A DNA stretch of 63,358 bases, the filler included, from Olpidium bornovanus S191 (taxonomy: Eukaryota > Fungi > Olpidiomycota): NCBI GenBank assembly GCA_017911155.1. It is 32 parts of 32 records of this genome, joined end to end, with 100 filler letters (N's around TTAATTAATTAA, not from the genome) between each part and the next. Parts side by side here need not be neighbours in the genome. Positions count along the whole stretch, not along the records: positions 11,447 to 12,731 come from JAEFCI010004273.1; positions 12,832 to 14,999 come from JAEFCI010002496.1; positions 15,100 to 16,402 come from JAEFCI010008628.1; positions 16,503 to 17,922 come from JAEFCI010008589.1; positions 18,023 to 20,509 come from JAEFCI010001976.1; positions 20,610 to 21,792 come from JAEFCI010008696.1; positions 21,893 to 26,619 come from JAEFCI010007417.1; 25 more parts are not named here. One strand, written 5' to 3'. The notes under the pieces were generated by a model that had not been told where the DNA came from, did not search any database, and was given only the letters and a program-made list of their open reading frames with translations. This document shows, in pieces, positions 11,347-23,662 of the stretch (position 1 is the stretch's first letter; the number at the start of each line of letters is the position of its first letter). Both the position numbers and the translations under genes were made by a program.

Positions 11347-12677
11347 NNNNNNNNNNNNNNNNNNNNNNNNNNNNNNNNNNNNNNNNNNNNTTAATTAATT
11401 AANNNNNNNNNNNNNNNNNNNNNNNNNNNNNNNNNNNNNNNNNNNNGTTTTCTCTATCTTTTTTTTTTCTTTCTTGTTGTTGTTGTTGTTCCCTGTCGCT
11501 ATATATCAGCAAACGCTGCTCGATGCAGTCCTCGATGCAGTCCAAAACGAGTCAGTTGACATGGTCCTTGTTCTTGGTGGCGAACAGGGTGGACGGATGT
11601 TGCTGACCCCAGACAGCATCCACTTCTCTCCCTCTGATCTGGTCTGCCCATAATTAATACTCCCTGGCCTCCTCCGTACTTTGATCTCCATTATTAGTAT
11701 ATATCCACATCTTTGTGATTTGGATCAATAATGCCGCGGTTCGGGTCAGCCGGGAAGTAGTCGCCTTACTCCGATTGGTCCCTTCCCCCCGCCCCCACCC
11801 CCGCGCGCGTTTGCGATTGGCCTCCTGTTTTGCCTCATCTGCTGCCGACTCGCCGCCGGCCCCCTCTTTTCCCCCCCCAAACGGTCCTTTTCCCGAGGCC
11901 CCGTTTGCCTCGGGGCGTTTTCCGCTTTGATACGCCTCCGGCGGACGTTTGCGTCCTGTTCGGGCGAGGATTGCCCGCGACTCCTCTCAGATCCTTCTGC
12001 GGCCCCCCCCCCCCCCTTCCCTCCCACACCCCCCCGCGCAACACCGCGCGGGAAGAAACGGGAAATCGCGCGACGCGATCCCTGCGATCACGCGCCTCGC
12101 GGTCAGCGCGGCCAGCACCCGCCCCCGACTTTTCCGCGATTTTCACACACGTGGTGATTTGGTTAGTCCTCTCGGACCGCTCGAGATTAAGGTAGGCCGA
12201 GAAGCTCTCGGCGACGCCTCCTCCGAATTTTTGGGAGGCAGCTCAAAAAGGGTCCCATCCAAGCAGGCGATGACACAGAACGTCCATCATACCCCCTCCC
12301 CCCCCCCAAACGGTGGACGGGCCCATCTCGATGGACATGCAGAGGTGGGCCGTGGCATTTGCAGGGAGAGGCCTGGAGGGCATCGTGTGTGACTGCGACA
12401 TGTCTCAAAATGAGAACGGGCGGCCATTGTAAAATTTTTTTTCTCCTTCTGCAAGGGCAAACCGGACAGAGTGGCGCGTGTGGGTTTTGGGCAGACATCC
12501 AATCTCAATCGGTGTGTGTGTGTGTGTGTCCGTTGCGCTCCTTGGTTGTCAAAAAGTCAAAAGAGGAAAGAAGGAATGCGCCCGCGCGCCCCCCGCGCCC
12601 TTCCCCCCCCGCCCGCCGCCCCGGCCGCGCGCGCCGTGCCGTGCCCGAGCCGAATGCCGCGCCCAAAAAGAAAACGA

Positions 12678-12731
<54 letters not shown>

Positions 12732-12831
12732 NNNNNNNNNNNNNNNNNNNNNNNNNNNNNNNNNNNNNNNNNNNNTTAATTAATTAANNNNNNNNNNNNN
12801 NNNNNNNNNNNNNNNNNNNNNNNNNNNNNNN

Positions 12832-14076
12832 ATTGATGCCCGCTCGAGTGTGCGTTCTCACCAGTTTGCTCGGATCTGCGTCGACCCGCATTCCCTTCAC
12901 TAGCGACTCAAACCTCTCAGTTTCCTTGTGGACGTTCTTGTAGTTCGACATGGCGTTTAAAACCATTGAATGGCCGTGCGGAGGGTCGACAAAGCAGACG
13001 GCCGCGAGCAACTCTAGGACAACTGCTTTCAGTCGATCATCGTTGCACTCGAAGGCGAGCGCCATGTCATTTATTCCACTCGGCAACTTCATCATAGCCA
13101 ACAATCCAACAGAGTTATTCAGCAGAGCTTTTAGGGCCCTGATGGCGTTGTGCTGAGTTTCACGTTCGTCGGCCGAGGGCCTGCGGATTGAAACGCAGCC
13201 AGCAGTTAGCGGATGAGTGCGGTTACGCGGGGCGGGAAGCAAAGAACATGCTACCTACGTGGGCAAGGTGGATAATTTCGACACGACATTAAGGAGCGCG
13301 GGCAACCCCTGAGCGTTGACGAACTCTGATACCCATGAGAGCGGTTCCGTGCGGAGAGAAACTTCAAGGACCTGCACAAGCTTCGACATGTGGGGGGCAT
13401 CCGGAAACATGCGCAATTCCTCCACATATTGTGCAGGATCCTTCTTGGCAAGATCCAGTTGGCTGACCTGTTCGCACGCAGCCCAACGATTAGTTGGACA
13501 CACCATACGCCGTCCAACGGTCAATTATTCTATGAAATGTCCGATTACACGGGGCTGACGTACGCGCACCGACCTTAGTCTCTGCAACCTTCTGCTGAAG
13601 AAGAAGCATCCATTTGCGTTCCGGCGGGAGCGACCTCATGGCGTTTGCCTTTGGCTCCGGCAACGCAAGCTCTGCCTACCCGTCGAGTAATATTCGACAG
13701 GGAGAAAAGAAAAAAAAAAAAAAAAAGAAAAGGAATGCGCCCGCGGATTAGTTGGCAAACGACATGGTACATCTGTGCTTGCTTGCGTGTGTGCGCGCGT
13801 GCTGCACGTCGATCGTACCATGAGAGATTCAAACCGCTTGTTCAGCTCGTCCAGCGGCGGCATCGCTTCGGTCGCGGCAACCAGTCCAAGCTTAGACTTG
13901 TTTTCGTCGTCGTCCGGGACCTGCGCGGTCGGAAGAGGTCCGGATGCCGTCGTCGCCGACTTGACGACCTCCGCCAGTTCCTCCCTGCTGCCTTTCGCCT
14001 TCTTCGCGCCATCTGCCGCCGGCTGCGCAGTTCGCCCCAGAGGCTCCTTTTCGGTTTTGGAGCACAGCCCACCCAT
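12832..14076 (-). CDS. Diaphanous-related formin, N-terminal GBD/FH3 exons
   Basis: MGGLCSK start; MPPLDELNKRFESLM, AMRSLPPERKWMLL, LEVSLRTEPLSWVSEF, HNAIRALKALLNNSVG and VLELLAAVC are GBD/FH3 hallmarks. Confidence 0.88.
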
Positions 14077-14404
14077 CGCTCGATCTGGCAGGTTGCGCCC
14101 GCGGCGTGCGGGCGTCGAAGCTGAAGTGGGCGGGGGTGGGGGGTGTGCCGGGGAGAGATGTCGAGTTTTTTCGCAGAAGGTCGGGGACGACGGGGGCCGA
14201 ATTTTTCTTAACGCTCCGCGCGGACCAACCGAGCGCCCCGGGTTTTTACGCCCCGCACAACACGCACGCACCAAATCCCCGACCCGCACACTCGGACCCG
14301 CACCCGCCCCACCCGGCCGGAGAGAAAGGGAAACCGCGCCGCTACTTTCTCTCTCTCCCTCTCTTTCCCCATCGCGTGCTGGGAAATCGTCATCAGAAAA
14401 AAAA

Positions 14405-14710
14405 ATGGAAGGCCACACGGTGCAGGCAATCGACTTCTACGACGGATACAAGAAGCTGTGCGAGGAGCGCAACCAGTACACCATCGACTGGCTGCTCCGC
14501 GAAATGGAGGTCGCCATCGACGGCGGCGACGTGCCCACCAACTTCCGCCTCAACGGCAACCAGGAGGAGCTGCGCAGGTCCCGCATCGACGACCTGTACC
14601 TTGACAGCGTGCTGACGCCGCTGGGGAAAAGCGCCTTCGTGCGTAGGCTGGACCTGTCCTTCAACATAATCGGCAACGAGGGAGCCCGCCGCCTGGCCAA
14701 ATTCCTGTCG
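14405..14710 (+). CDS. LRRC34-like leucine-rich-repeat protein, first exon
   Basis: FRLNGNQEELRRSRIDD..VRRLDLSFNIIGNEGARRLAKFL is a RanGAP/NLR-type LRR resembling the LRRC34 N-terminus; GTGAGA donor at 14711. Confidence 0.6.
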
Positions 14711-15108
14711 GTGAGAGAAAAGGAAAGAGAGAGAGCTTGCGCGCGGGGCCCGGGGGAAAGAAGAGTTTTGGAAGTTAAAAAAATCACCGCCGGATTCGCC
14801 GTCGGGTGGGCGGGTGGGAGGGGGGCGGGCTGACGGGGGAGTGTGCACCATACAGAATTGTAGCTAGGCTAAAAGCAACATGCATTGAACAACGGAGATC
14901 GCCGCCCTGATTGGCCGGGAAGAGGAGTGGGGGGCGGCCGTGTGTTGACGAGGTTATACGTCATCTTCCACGCTTCCCCTTTTCGTCTGGACAAGAAATN
15001 NNNNNNNNNNNNNNNNNNNNNNNNNNNNNNNNNNNNNNNNNNNTTAATTAATTAANNNNNNNNNNNNNNNNNNNNNNNNNNNNNNNNNNNNNNNNNNNNC
15101 GTCGTCTT

Positions 15109-15154
<46 letters not shown>

Positions 15155-15157
15155 TTT

Positions 15158-16310
15158 TTACACTGTTTGGCGCCAGTCGGAAAAAGCTGCGCCCCCCGAT
15201 ACCCGCTTTCTCCGGGGAGGCCGGCAGGAGCACGTGGGACTGGTATGGCGCAACCGGCCTAGACTCACCAATACTTGATTGACCCTGACGCACAATTCTA
15301 TGCGAGTGAGGGTTACCTGCAATTTTCTCTTCATTTGTTGAACATCCAAAAAAACCCCCCCCCCTTCAGATAATGAAAAGCGGATTTTGGGTATCTCGAA
15401 GTTTTATTCGAAGTTATAGCAAAGTTTGAAGATGTCGATGGCCATTTGGTTTTGCATCGCACGCAGCCGGATTTGATACGCCAGACTTCACCCAAATCAA
15501 AGTCGACGATTTCTTTTTTTGGGCGGGTCATATGATGTATTGGGCATGTTTGTTATAGACATGTTGGGAAACACTACCTCAACAAGATTTCGGAAACACG
15601 TGCACGATAGGCCTTAGTAAGAGCCGTCGTACTAATGACGAGCTGCACGTTTTTCTACTTCCCCCCAGAAACTATATACAGCAAATTTCAAGTAAAGCGT
15701 GCTTTGCTCATTCCGGCTTAAAACACCAATCAAAAGTGTGCGTACCGTTCACGATAAGCACGCACGCAATGATATTTGGAGTAGAGCTTGAAAACGTGTT
15801 GTGTTGCTTTAATTGCCGTCGCAATGGCAGTACCTCTTGGAAGTATACACGTCACGGTTGAGTCTATGTCTTAACACCAACTTGCCTGACAAAGTCGCGC
15901 GGTTCAGACGGCCCGGGAACAAAGGCGGCCTGGCGACGACTGGAGAGTTGTGATATCCGCCGCGCGCCACGGCCGTGTTCCGGCGGGCGGCATCGGGTCC
16001 AGACAGCGCTTCGGCGGTAGCGCACGCGGTTCCGGGCCCGTAAACAGCCCGGGAATCACCGCTTCCCGGATGTCAAAGGGGCGAAGCTTTGACAAAAGCG
16101 GTTTGGATGTGCTGAACCAAAGGTGTCGTAAAGCCCGCGGGGGTCGCCTGTGCTGCGTGGGGATGGACGCGCACAACGTGTCGCAATCGGACACAGCGCA
16201 GGCGGATCCGGTTCACAGGGACAAACGCAAAAGTCCTTTCTGGAACGGTCTCAACGGCGCCGAGAAAGCTGTCGAGCAGATCTCATGTGCATCTTGAAGC
16301 CTTTCCACCA
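15158..16310 (-). CDS. Unidentified multi-exon gene fragment
   Basis: Several short segments bounded by AG/GT (e.g. IATAIKATQHVFKLYSKYHCVRAYRER; FWGEVENVQLVISTTALTKAYRARVSEILLR); family not recognised. Confidence 0.35.
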
Positions 16311-16317
16311 GATTTTG

Positions 16318-16370
<53 letters not shown>

Positions 16371-16502
16371 CCCCCCCCCCCCCCCCCCCCCACAGCACTC
16401 CCNNNNNNNNNNNNNNNNNNNNNNNNNNNNNNNNNNNNNNNNNNNNTTAATTAATTAANNNNNNNNNNNNNNNNNNNNNNNNNNNNNNNNNNNNNNNNNN
16501 NN

Positions 16503-16690
16503 AAGAGATTGGTGAGCGGGGTCATGTCATCCGCGTAGTTCGGGATCCAATCTTTGAAGAAGTTGGCTAAGCCCGCAAAGGACTGGACGTCGTGTTTATC
16601 CTTCGGGGTTGGCCACGCTGTAACCAAGGCCACGTAGTCTGGTCTAATGGCGATGCCGGCGCCTGACACCACGTGGCCCAGGTAGTTGGA
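16503..16690 (-). mobile_element. Ty3/gypsy reverse transcriptase thumb/connection fragment
   Basis: YLGHVVSGAGI..WPTPKDKHDVQSFAGLANFFKDWIPNYADDMTPLTNL. Confidence 0.85.
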
Positions 16691-16892
16691 GGGTCAATCG
16701 GGCACGTTTTTTTTTAGACCCGACATGGACCGTGCGAGAAAGAGCGAGAGAAAGAGAAAGAGAGAGAGAGAGAGAGCGAGAGGGCGGACGGAAACGCGAC
16801 GCGCGCGCCCTCGGGGCACACCCCCTCCCGCCGAGTGAACATAAAAAAGAAAAAAAAAAGAGGGAGGACACGCCGCCCGGAAATGACCGCCG

Positions 16893-16925
<33 letters not shown>

Positions 16926-17040
16926 GGGCGCCCCCCCCCCCCCCCCCCCCAACCCTCTATCCGCTGCCCCCGGCCCCCGCCCGTTCCCGGCCCGGAGGGC
17001 ACGGGAAGGGGGGACAAGCGGTCAACGCTTTTTCGCTCGC

Positions 17041-17430
17041 CTCTTCCTCGTAACCGACGGCCTCGACGGTCTCGCCCCGGCCGGTGAAGACCGCGGCGAA
17101 GTCCAGGTCCTCGCGCTTGCGCTGCAGGCCGTCGACGCCGACGAGCTTCGCCTCGGGCCACTCCTTCTGATACTCGCCGGCGAACAGGTGGTGCCCGACG
17201 TCCGGGCAAACGACGTAGCGCACCCTCCCGGCGCCGAGCTCCCCGATCTTGCCCCTGGTCGCGGCGTCGAGCTGGGTCGGGGCGAACACGAACAGGCCGC
17301 CGTCCCTCATGACGACCACGGACATTCGGGCCCCGATCTCCGCGAAGTTCGAGCGCGTGAACGGCCGCGAGAATATCGTGATCGCGGGGTCCAGGGAGCG
17401 CACGCGCACGGGCGGCGGCAGGATCGGCAT
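17041..17430 (-). CDS. DUF4336 / metallo-beta-lactamase-like protein, first exon
   Basis: FSRPFTRSNFAEIGARMSVVVMRDGGLFVFAPTQLD..VRYVVCPDVGHHLFAGEYQKEWPEAKLVG; exon appears to end at a GCGAGC donor. Confidence 0.75.
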
Positions 17431-19034
17431 TGCTGCGGCGCGGGGGCGGAGGTGAGGTGGGGGGAAAGGTGTGGCGTTCTTTTGGGCGAGCCGGAGTGGC
17501 GGCGGGAAAAAGGACCGGCAGGGAAATCTAAATACAAAAACCAAAAGCCAATTTTGACTCAAACTCTAAAAAAAAAAAAAAAAAACCCCGGAATAACCGC
17601 GAGGCACGGCAATCCCGTCCCACCGCGAGCCGCGACCTCCGCCCGCCCCCTCCCTTCTGTGCAAGAAGGCGGGACGGGGATAGGGAATGTCGGCCGCCGT
17701 TGGTCCGCCCTTTGTGTTTTGGTTTCGCTGCATTCGAGCTCGGGGTGGCGTTTACCCTATGCCCTCTCTTCCCTCCCCTTCCCACCCCTGCCGAACGCGA
17801 ATGTGCACGCGCTCTGCGAAAACTTCCGTCTCCCTCAGCGGGTCCGTTTAATGATAAAAAAAAAAAAATTTGGGCGGGCGCATACGTAACATTCAAAGTT
17901 CCCGAAACTTGAAACTGGCAGGNNNNNNNNNNNNNNNNNNNNNNNNNNNNNNNNNNNNNNNNNNNNTTAATTAATTAANNNNNNNNNNNNNNNNNNNNNN
18001 NNNNNNNNNNNNNNNNNNNNNNCATGCGGGCAATGCTGCTGTATCCTGGTGCAAACTGAATCTCAGTCGAAAATACAGTACTCCTACTACTCGTTTTTTT
18101 CCCCCAACCCAAGATCGTCTGTTTTCAGACCTTGTCTCTTTCCCCCCTCCTCCCCCCCCCTCTCTCCCCTCTCTCACGCGGATTACGGCAATGGCAGCGA
18201 AGTTGCGTTTAGCAGTACGCCGAGGAGCGTTCTTTCGTGAGACGTGTTTGCGGACCCCAAAACACGCGCGGACGAAAGTTGTCGCGGGCACAAATGCGTT
18301 TGCGGACGCCCGTTCGCCTTCGTTCCCTCTGTTCGCCGACTGCTGCTTGCGCACGGTCGCCTCCTGCCACGGCGGTCTCGGACGTGTCACAGTGTCGGTG
18401 TGCCGCGGCGGTCGGCAACCGCATTTCTCAGTCAGGGTGCGCCCACCGCCAACCACCTCACTCCGGCTCGGGGACACAAAAGGCCTTCTAGCTTTCATCA
18501 GCCAACGTCCCGGCGCAAAGCGCGAGCGAAGCTCCCGCCGGTCAGGGCTCTCGGCCTTCCGCATCCGAAATCAGAACAAAAACAACTTATGGGCGTCCGT
18601 CGTAGACCCGAGTGTCTTACCAGTGTGCCACGTACAGATTTAGGGTTACGTCGCCGCCCCCCGAGGTTAGCTGGTCAATGCGAAGTCGGTCATAATGACA
18701 GACCCTTGCCGCCTGCCTGATTGCGGTCGGGGCCCCACAGTAGACACAGGCATTGCAACCTCGAAAAACATCGTGTTTTTCACGCGTGGGCTCACCTGTC
18801 CAATTGACCACTGTCGCGGAAAGAAGAACAGAGCGGGAACGACGGTCACATCGCCGGACGTATGTACAATACAGGAGCACATGCTGCGGGATTTGACGAC
18901 CCTAATCGAAGGCCGAACGTGGAGGCCGCCAGAAACGGACGCGGGGGAAAATCTCAGAGCTGTACGTGTACGTCCGCTCGCCGAGCGCAGATGTAGCCCG
19001 ACGTCTCCATCTCCCGCAGCTGAAAACATCGCCA

Positions 19035-20386
19035 TTATCGCAACATCGATGATCTCCTGAGATTCGTGTAGGCGGCCGCGGACGGCTGATCGAATAGCCG
19101 CCTAATGGAATACACTTGCACCAGCGAACACACGATCAGTGCTGCGAGCCTGCAAAGCGCGAATTTCGTCACCCGAGAATCGAGGGCTTCGGCGAGATAA
19201 AAGTGACGACGGACCCTAAATTCGCAGAAAATCGAAAACGGGCCGGCGATAAGTTGCGCAACCCCGCCGCGGTCCACCCTCCTCCATAAGACGCAGAACG
19301 TCGAACTTTTCGCCCCGTTACCGAAGGCAGAAACAGTCCGACGGCCATCCCGGCACTCACCGCAGCCCATACGTGTCCATCTCCTGGGCAAGTTGAGCGG
19401 AAGCCTCACGGAGGTTGACCACGCTCTGCTCCATAGATGTATAGACGGTGGGTTTCCCGTGGGCGGGGTCTGCTTTCGCCGCCTCCTTATGCGGGTTCAC
19501 GATGAGATTGAAGCTGACGATCTTCGATCCGTCGCTGGATAAACCGCCCCCAAAAAGGCGAAAAACTTGGTCACCCGGGGATTCCACCTTGGGATGAAGG
19601 CAGGGTGTGGGGGGAGGGGGGATGTCGACGAAAGAAGGGAGCGCTTACGAGGCGGTGTTATGGAAACAAAGCTTGTGTTCTCCACCGGCGCGCGCCACGA
19701 TGTCTGCCTGGCCGGACTCGGTGGTGTTCACGTATACTTCATTTCACCGCGGTGACGCAGAAACAAAGCGCGGCGGAAGGGACATCGTTAGCGGATCCTC
19801 GTCAGAAAACAGCGGGCCTCAGGCCCAGCGACAAACAAAAAGCATCTTTCAGCGCCACGTACGCTGGGCCAAGTCGGGGCCTGTCACCTCCGCCTTCACC
19901 AGGAACTTGGATCCCGCCTCCACCTGCGGCGCGCGGGGCATGTGGGCAACGGCGTAACGAACGGGGGTTCGAGTTGCGGCTCGGAGACGCGTCGCTGGCC
20001 GGCGGACCGGCCGGACCGCCGAAACAGCCCGTCAACGTGGGGACTCCGACACGCCGCGGCCTCACCTCGAAGGAGACCGCCCATACGTCCCCCGCGAGCA
20101 ACTCGTCGTGGTAGCAGTCGACCTGGTTGCTTTCGAGGTGAATCGATAGCGGGTGCAGGAGGTTGCCCTCCGCTGCCGGAGCCGCGCAGAGGAGGGCCGC
20201 CGCCGCCACCAGGAGCAGCGAGCGGACCGCGAACCGCGGCCCTCTTGACCCCGCGAGGACCGAGATGCGGCGAGTCGACGAGGCGGCGAGACCGCCGCTC
20301 GTCCCTCGAGACTGTGATGGCGTGCGCTGCGGGAGCCGGCGGCACCGGCTCGTCGGCGGCGGGTCGACGGGCCAAGGGGCGGGCAT
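19035..20386 (-). CDS. p24/emp24/GOLD cargo receptor, five exons; start codon uncertain
   Basis: Signal peptide, DCYHDEL, VSFE|VEAGSKFLVKAEVTGPD, EHKLCFHNT, KIVSFNL, coiled coil, RHFYLAEALDSRV, TM helix then QVYSIRRLF; all splice phases are consistent. Confidence 0.88.
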
Positions 20387-20609
20387 GACGAAAACGGAAA
20401 GGGCGGGGGGAAAGGGCGGTGCGGTGGTCCCGTCCGGGAGCGGGGGCGGGGTCGGGGGGGAAGGGGGGGGGGGGGGGGGGGGGGGGGGGGCCGCGGGGGG
20501 GGGGCCCCCNNNNNNNNNNNNNNNNNNNNNNNNNNNNNNNNNNNNNNNNNNNNTTAATTAATTAANNNNNNNNNNNNNNNNNNNNNNNNNNNNNNNNNNN
20601 NNNNNNNNN

Positions 20610-20745
20610 AAAAAAAAAATATAAAAAATGAAAAAAAAAACTAAAAAACATAAAAAAATCAAATAAAAAATAAAAAAAAAAAATATAAAAAATGAAAAAA
20701 AAACTAAAAAACATAAAAAAAATCAAATAAAAAATAAAAAAATGA
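20610..20745. repeat. A-rich ~64-bp unit, two copies, at contig start
   Basis: tataaaaaatg..ctaaaaaacataaaaaaatcaaat repeats at 20620 and 20684. Confidence 0.7.
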
Positions 20746-21014
20746 TGGATCTGCGATTTGCGCCGAGTCAGCGCGGGGAAAAACAAAAAAAAAAAAAGAA
20801 AAAGGACCGCATGCGACGCGACAAGAAGAATCGCGGGCGGGGGCGAGCCAGGGAGGCCAAACGCCCGAACGCAAAGGCCGCTGCTTAGAAATCCTCGTAT
20901 GCTTTTTACAGAGCTCCGCACAACGGTCGCCTGCCTCCTCCTCCCTTCTTACACCACTTCACCCCCACCCACCCACCCCCTTTTCCCCCCCTCCGCCTGC
21001 GCCCAGGTACTCAC

Positions 21015-21436
21015 GCATATGTCAGATATTCCAATTCGCCGCCCTCCGGATCAAGCACGGCGGCAGCCAACGCGGCGATCACCAGGCACATGTCGACGAA
21101 GATCAGCGACAGCACGGCCCAGTGCACCTCGCGGCGCTCGAGGAAGCTGGCCAGTTTTCGCCTCTTCGTCCGCCGGACGCTCGACTCCTCCTCCATTTCC
21201 TCCGAAGGGTCCGACGGGTCCTGCTTTGGCCGCCGGACGCCGTGGTTGCCGCCGACCTGGAAGTCTGTGTTCGCCGAGTGGCTCACGGCGAGGGTCGGCC
21301 CGCCGCTGCCGTGGCCGACGCGCGCGGTCGGAAACTGCGGATCCGCAGCTGGGCGATTGTCGTCGCCGCCGCGGCTGAGCGGCACCGCCTGGACGGAAGA
21401 CGGCTGCCAGTAAGCGGTTTCAGGTGGCGGCGACAT
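21015..21436 (-). CDS. Voltage-gated proton channel Hv1-like, first exon (N-terminus plus S1)
   Basis: KRRKLASFLERREVHWAVLSLIFVDMCLVIAAL resembles the Hv1 S0/S1 region with the mid-S1 Asp; GTGAGT donor at 21014. Confidence 0.6.
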
Positions 21437-22034
21437 CGAAGGGGAGGGAGGGGGGCAGGGTGAGGATCGGCTTCGGGCTGTGCGGCGGGCGGGAAGGCGA
21501 GGAGGGGCCGGCCGGACGAGCGATTTTCCGAAACGGGGCAGAGAAGAGGGGACGGCGGGGGCGGGGAGGTGACGTTTGCGTCTTTCTCGCAGCCCCCCGC
21601 GTGCAACACACACACACGCACGCAAACACAACTCGCATCACACACAACACCCCACCGCCTCTCCCCCTTTGCCCCCCCTTCCCGCACCCCGCACTCCCCC
21701 GCCCACGCGGTTATCCACCCTTCCCCCCCCCCCCCCCCCCCCCCCTTTTTTTCCGGGGGGGGGGGGGGGGGGGGGAGGGGGGGGGCCCGCGTNNNNNNNN
21801 NNNNNNNNNNNNNNNNNNNNNNNNNNNNNNNNNNNNTTAATTAATTAANNNNNNNNNNNNNNNNNNNNNNNNNNNNNNNNNNNNNNNNNNNNAAAGGGGG
21901 GGGGGGGGGGGGGGCCCCTTTTTTTTTTTTTTTTTTTTTTTTTGTCACGGAAGAGATATCGCCGGAAAATCATCCGCCCGCCCGCGAGGGACGTCTTCGA
22001 GACCGCCGGGCGCGGCGGCCAAGACGCCACTTAC

Positions 22035-22696
22035 GTCACCACGCCGCCGTCCATTTTCACAACGGTGCGGAACACCAGCTTCGCGAAAGGCACCCCGCCC
22101 GCGCCCTGGCCCGGGCAGGCGACGAAATGGTGACCGGCGGGGAAGGTGAACTGAAACGCGGCGGAGCCGGGCGGCGTTCTCACGCTGTAGATGAACAGGA
22201 AGCCTTTGGTCGTCTGGGCGGCGGTTTCGCAGTCCGGCGCGGAGCGGGCGGGTTGCGTGCGGGGGGGGGGATGGGGGTATCCCAGTTGGGCGCATTTTTA
22301 TCGTTAAATAAACGAGAACCGCCCTTCCTCTCTCTCAGGTTTTTTTTTTGTTGATCTGGGTGGTGAGGGAGGGTGTTTTCGGAACGCGCGTACCATCGCC
22401 GCGAGACTGGCGCCGTCTGCGGCCCAGACAGCGTCGAAAAAGCTCCCCTGCTCGTCCAGGCTCTCCGGGGCGCGCGACGCCCTGCACGTGACGGCGCAGG
22501 GGGCGACGTTCCATAGGGCGATCTCGGCGCGGCCGACGGCGGCGAACAGGGTGGCGTCCGGGTTCGGGGCCCACGCGAGAACGGCCGGCGACGAGGGCGG
22601 GGACGGGGAGCCCGGCGCGGGGGAGGAGGCGGCGGCGGCGGCGGCGGCGTCGCGCCTGGCGCAGAGCGCGCGGGCGTGTCCGGCGGCCCAGTACAT
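22035..22696 (-). CDS. RIC1: Ric1 (Rab6/Ypt6 GEF subunit), first two exons
   Basis: MYWAAGHAR start, LFAAVGRAEIALWNVAP, ESLDEQG, TKGFLFIYSV and GPGQG-like..LVFRTVVKMDGGV match fungal Ric1 N-termini. Confidence 0.7.
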
Positions 22697-23662
22697 GGCA
22701 GCGAAAAGCGTCACTTCCTCCTGTTCGGTCCTCCCCGTCCCTGCTCGTCCTCCTGGACCCTCCTCCCTCTTCGGCAGGTTTCCTTCCTTCCTTTCCCCCC
22801 CCCCACCTTCTCGCGCGCGGCCGTGTCCCCGTGCGGCGCGGGCGTGGGCGTGGCGCGGCAGCGCGGCGGGGCGTCGTGTGTGTGGGGCGGATGATGCCGC
22901 GCGGACGGAGGAGCCGCCCCCACGACCGACCGACCGACGTTTCGGGCGGACGAAATCCGCGGAAAAAAAAAAAATGGTGATAGAAACCAGACAGAACGCG
23001 CCTGGCGTCCACCGGAATCACGCGGAAAACAACATAGACGAAAAAAAAAAAAAAAGCGTTTTGCTCCAACAACCGTCCGCCCACCCCCCATTACCACCAC
23101 CACCACCATCACGCGCGCGCGCGCGCTCTTGTTCCTCGATGGGGTTTCTTCTTTTGCTTCCCATTGACCCCGTGACCGCATTTTTCTTTTTTTTTCTCCT
23201 TTCTTTTCTCTTTCAGACGGATGACCCCGCCCTTCCATCCCTTGTCGCACGGCAGTTGCCCCGGCTTTTTTTTTTTTTTTCCTGGTTTTTGCTCGTCGGC
23301 GACGGCCGCGATGTACAGAAGTCGCCCCAACTTTTACTGACGCGCTTCCTCTCTTTCTTTCTCTTTGTCTGTACGTATGGCCGAGCCCCCAAAACGGGGG
23401 ACGGCAGACTGGGCCCGCAGTGTTTCGATCTCGCAAAGCGCGCCACCTGCGTCGCGGGCGAAAATGAACAAATTGCAAGGTTCCAACTAGGAAAACGGAA
23501 AAAAAAAAAAAAAAAACAAAAAAAAAATTGCCACCAGCCCTTCCCGTTGAAGGAAATCCTTCCCCGTTTTGCAACCCGATCAGCGGAGAGAGAGAGAAAG
23601 GGGGGGGCAAAAGGGCGATGCAACCACCGCTCCCCCCTCCCCACCCGAGCCGGTTTCGGGGT

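Noticed and set aside
11509-11651. Candidate terminal exon QTLLDAVLDAVQNESVDMVLVLGG.. (+), or a PIF1-like TLFATKNKDHVN (-)
   Set aside because: Too short to assign, and the strand is ambiguous.
12194-12205. 12-nt match to the U2 snRNA 5' end (GCTTCTCGGCCT, minus strand) near an AATTTTTGG Sm-like site
   Set aside because: The branch-pairing GTGTAGTA is absent and the Sm-like site is on the opposite strand.
18023-19060. ORFs and small exon candidates downstream of the p24 gene
   Set aside because: No family recognised and no consistent splice model could be built.
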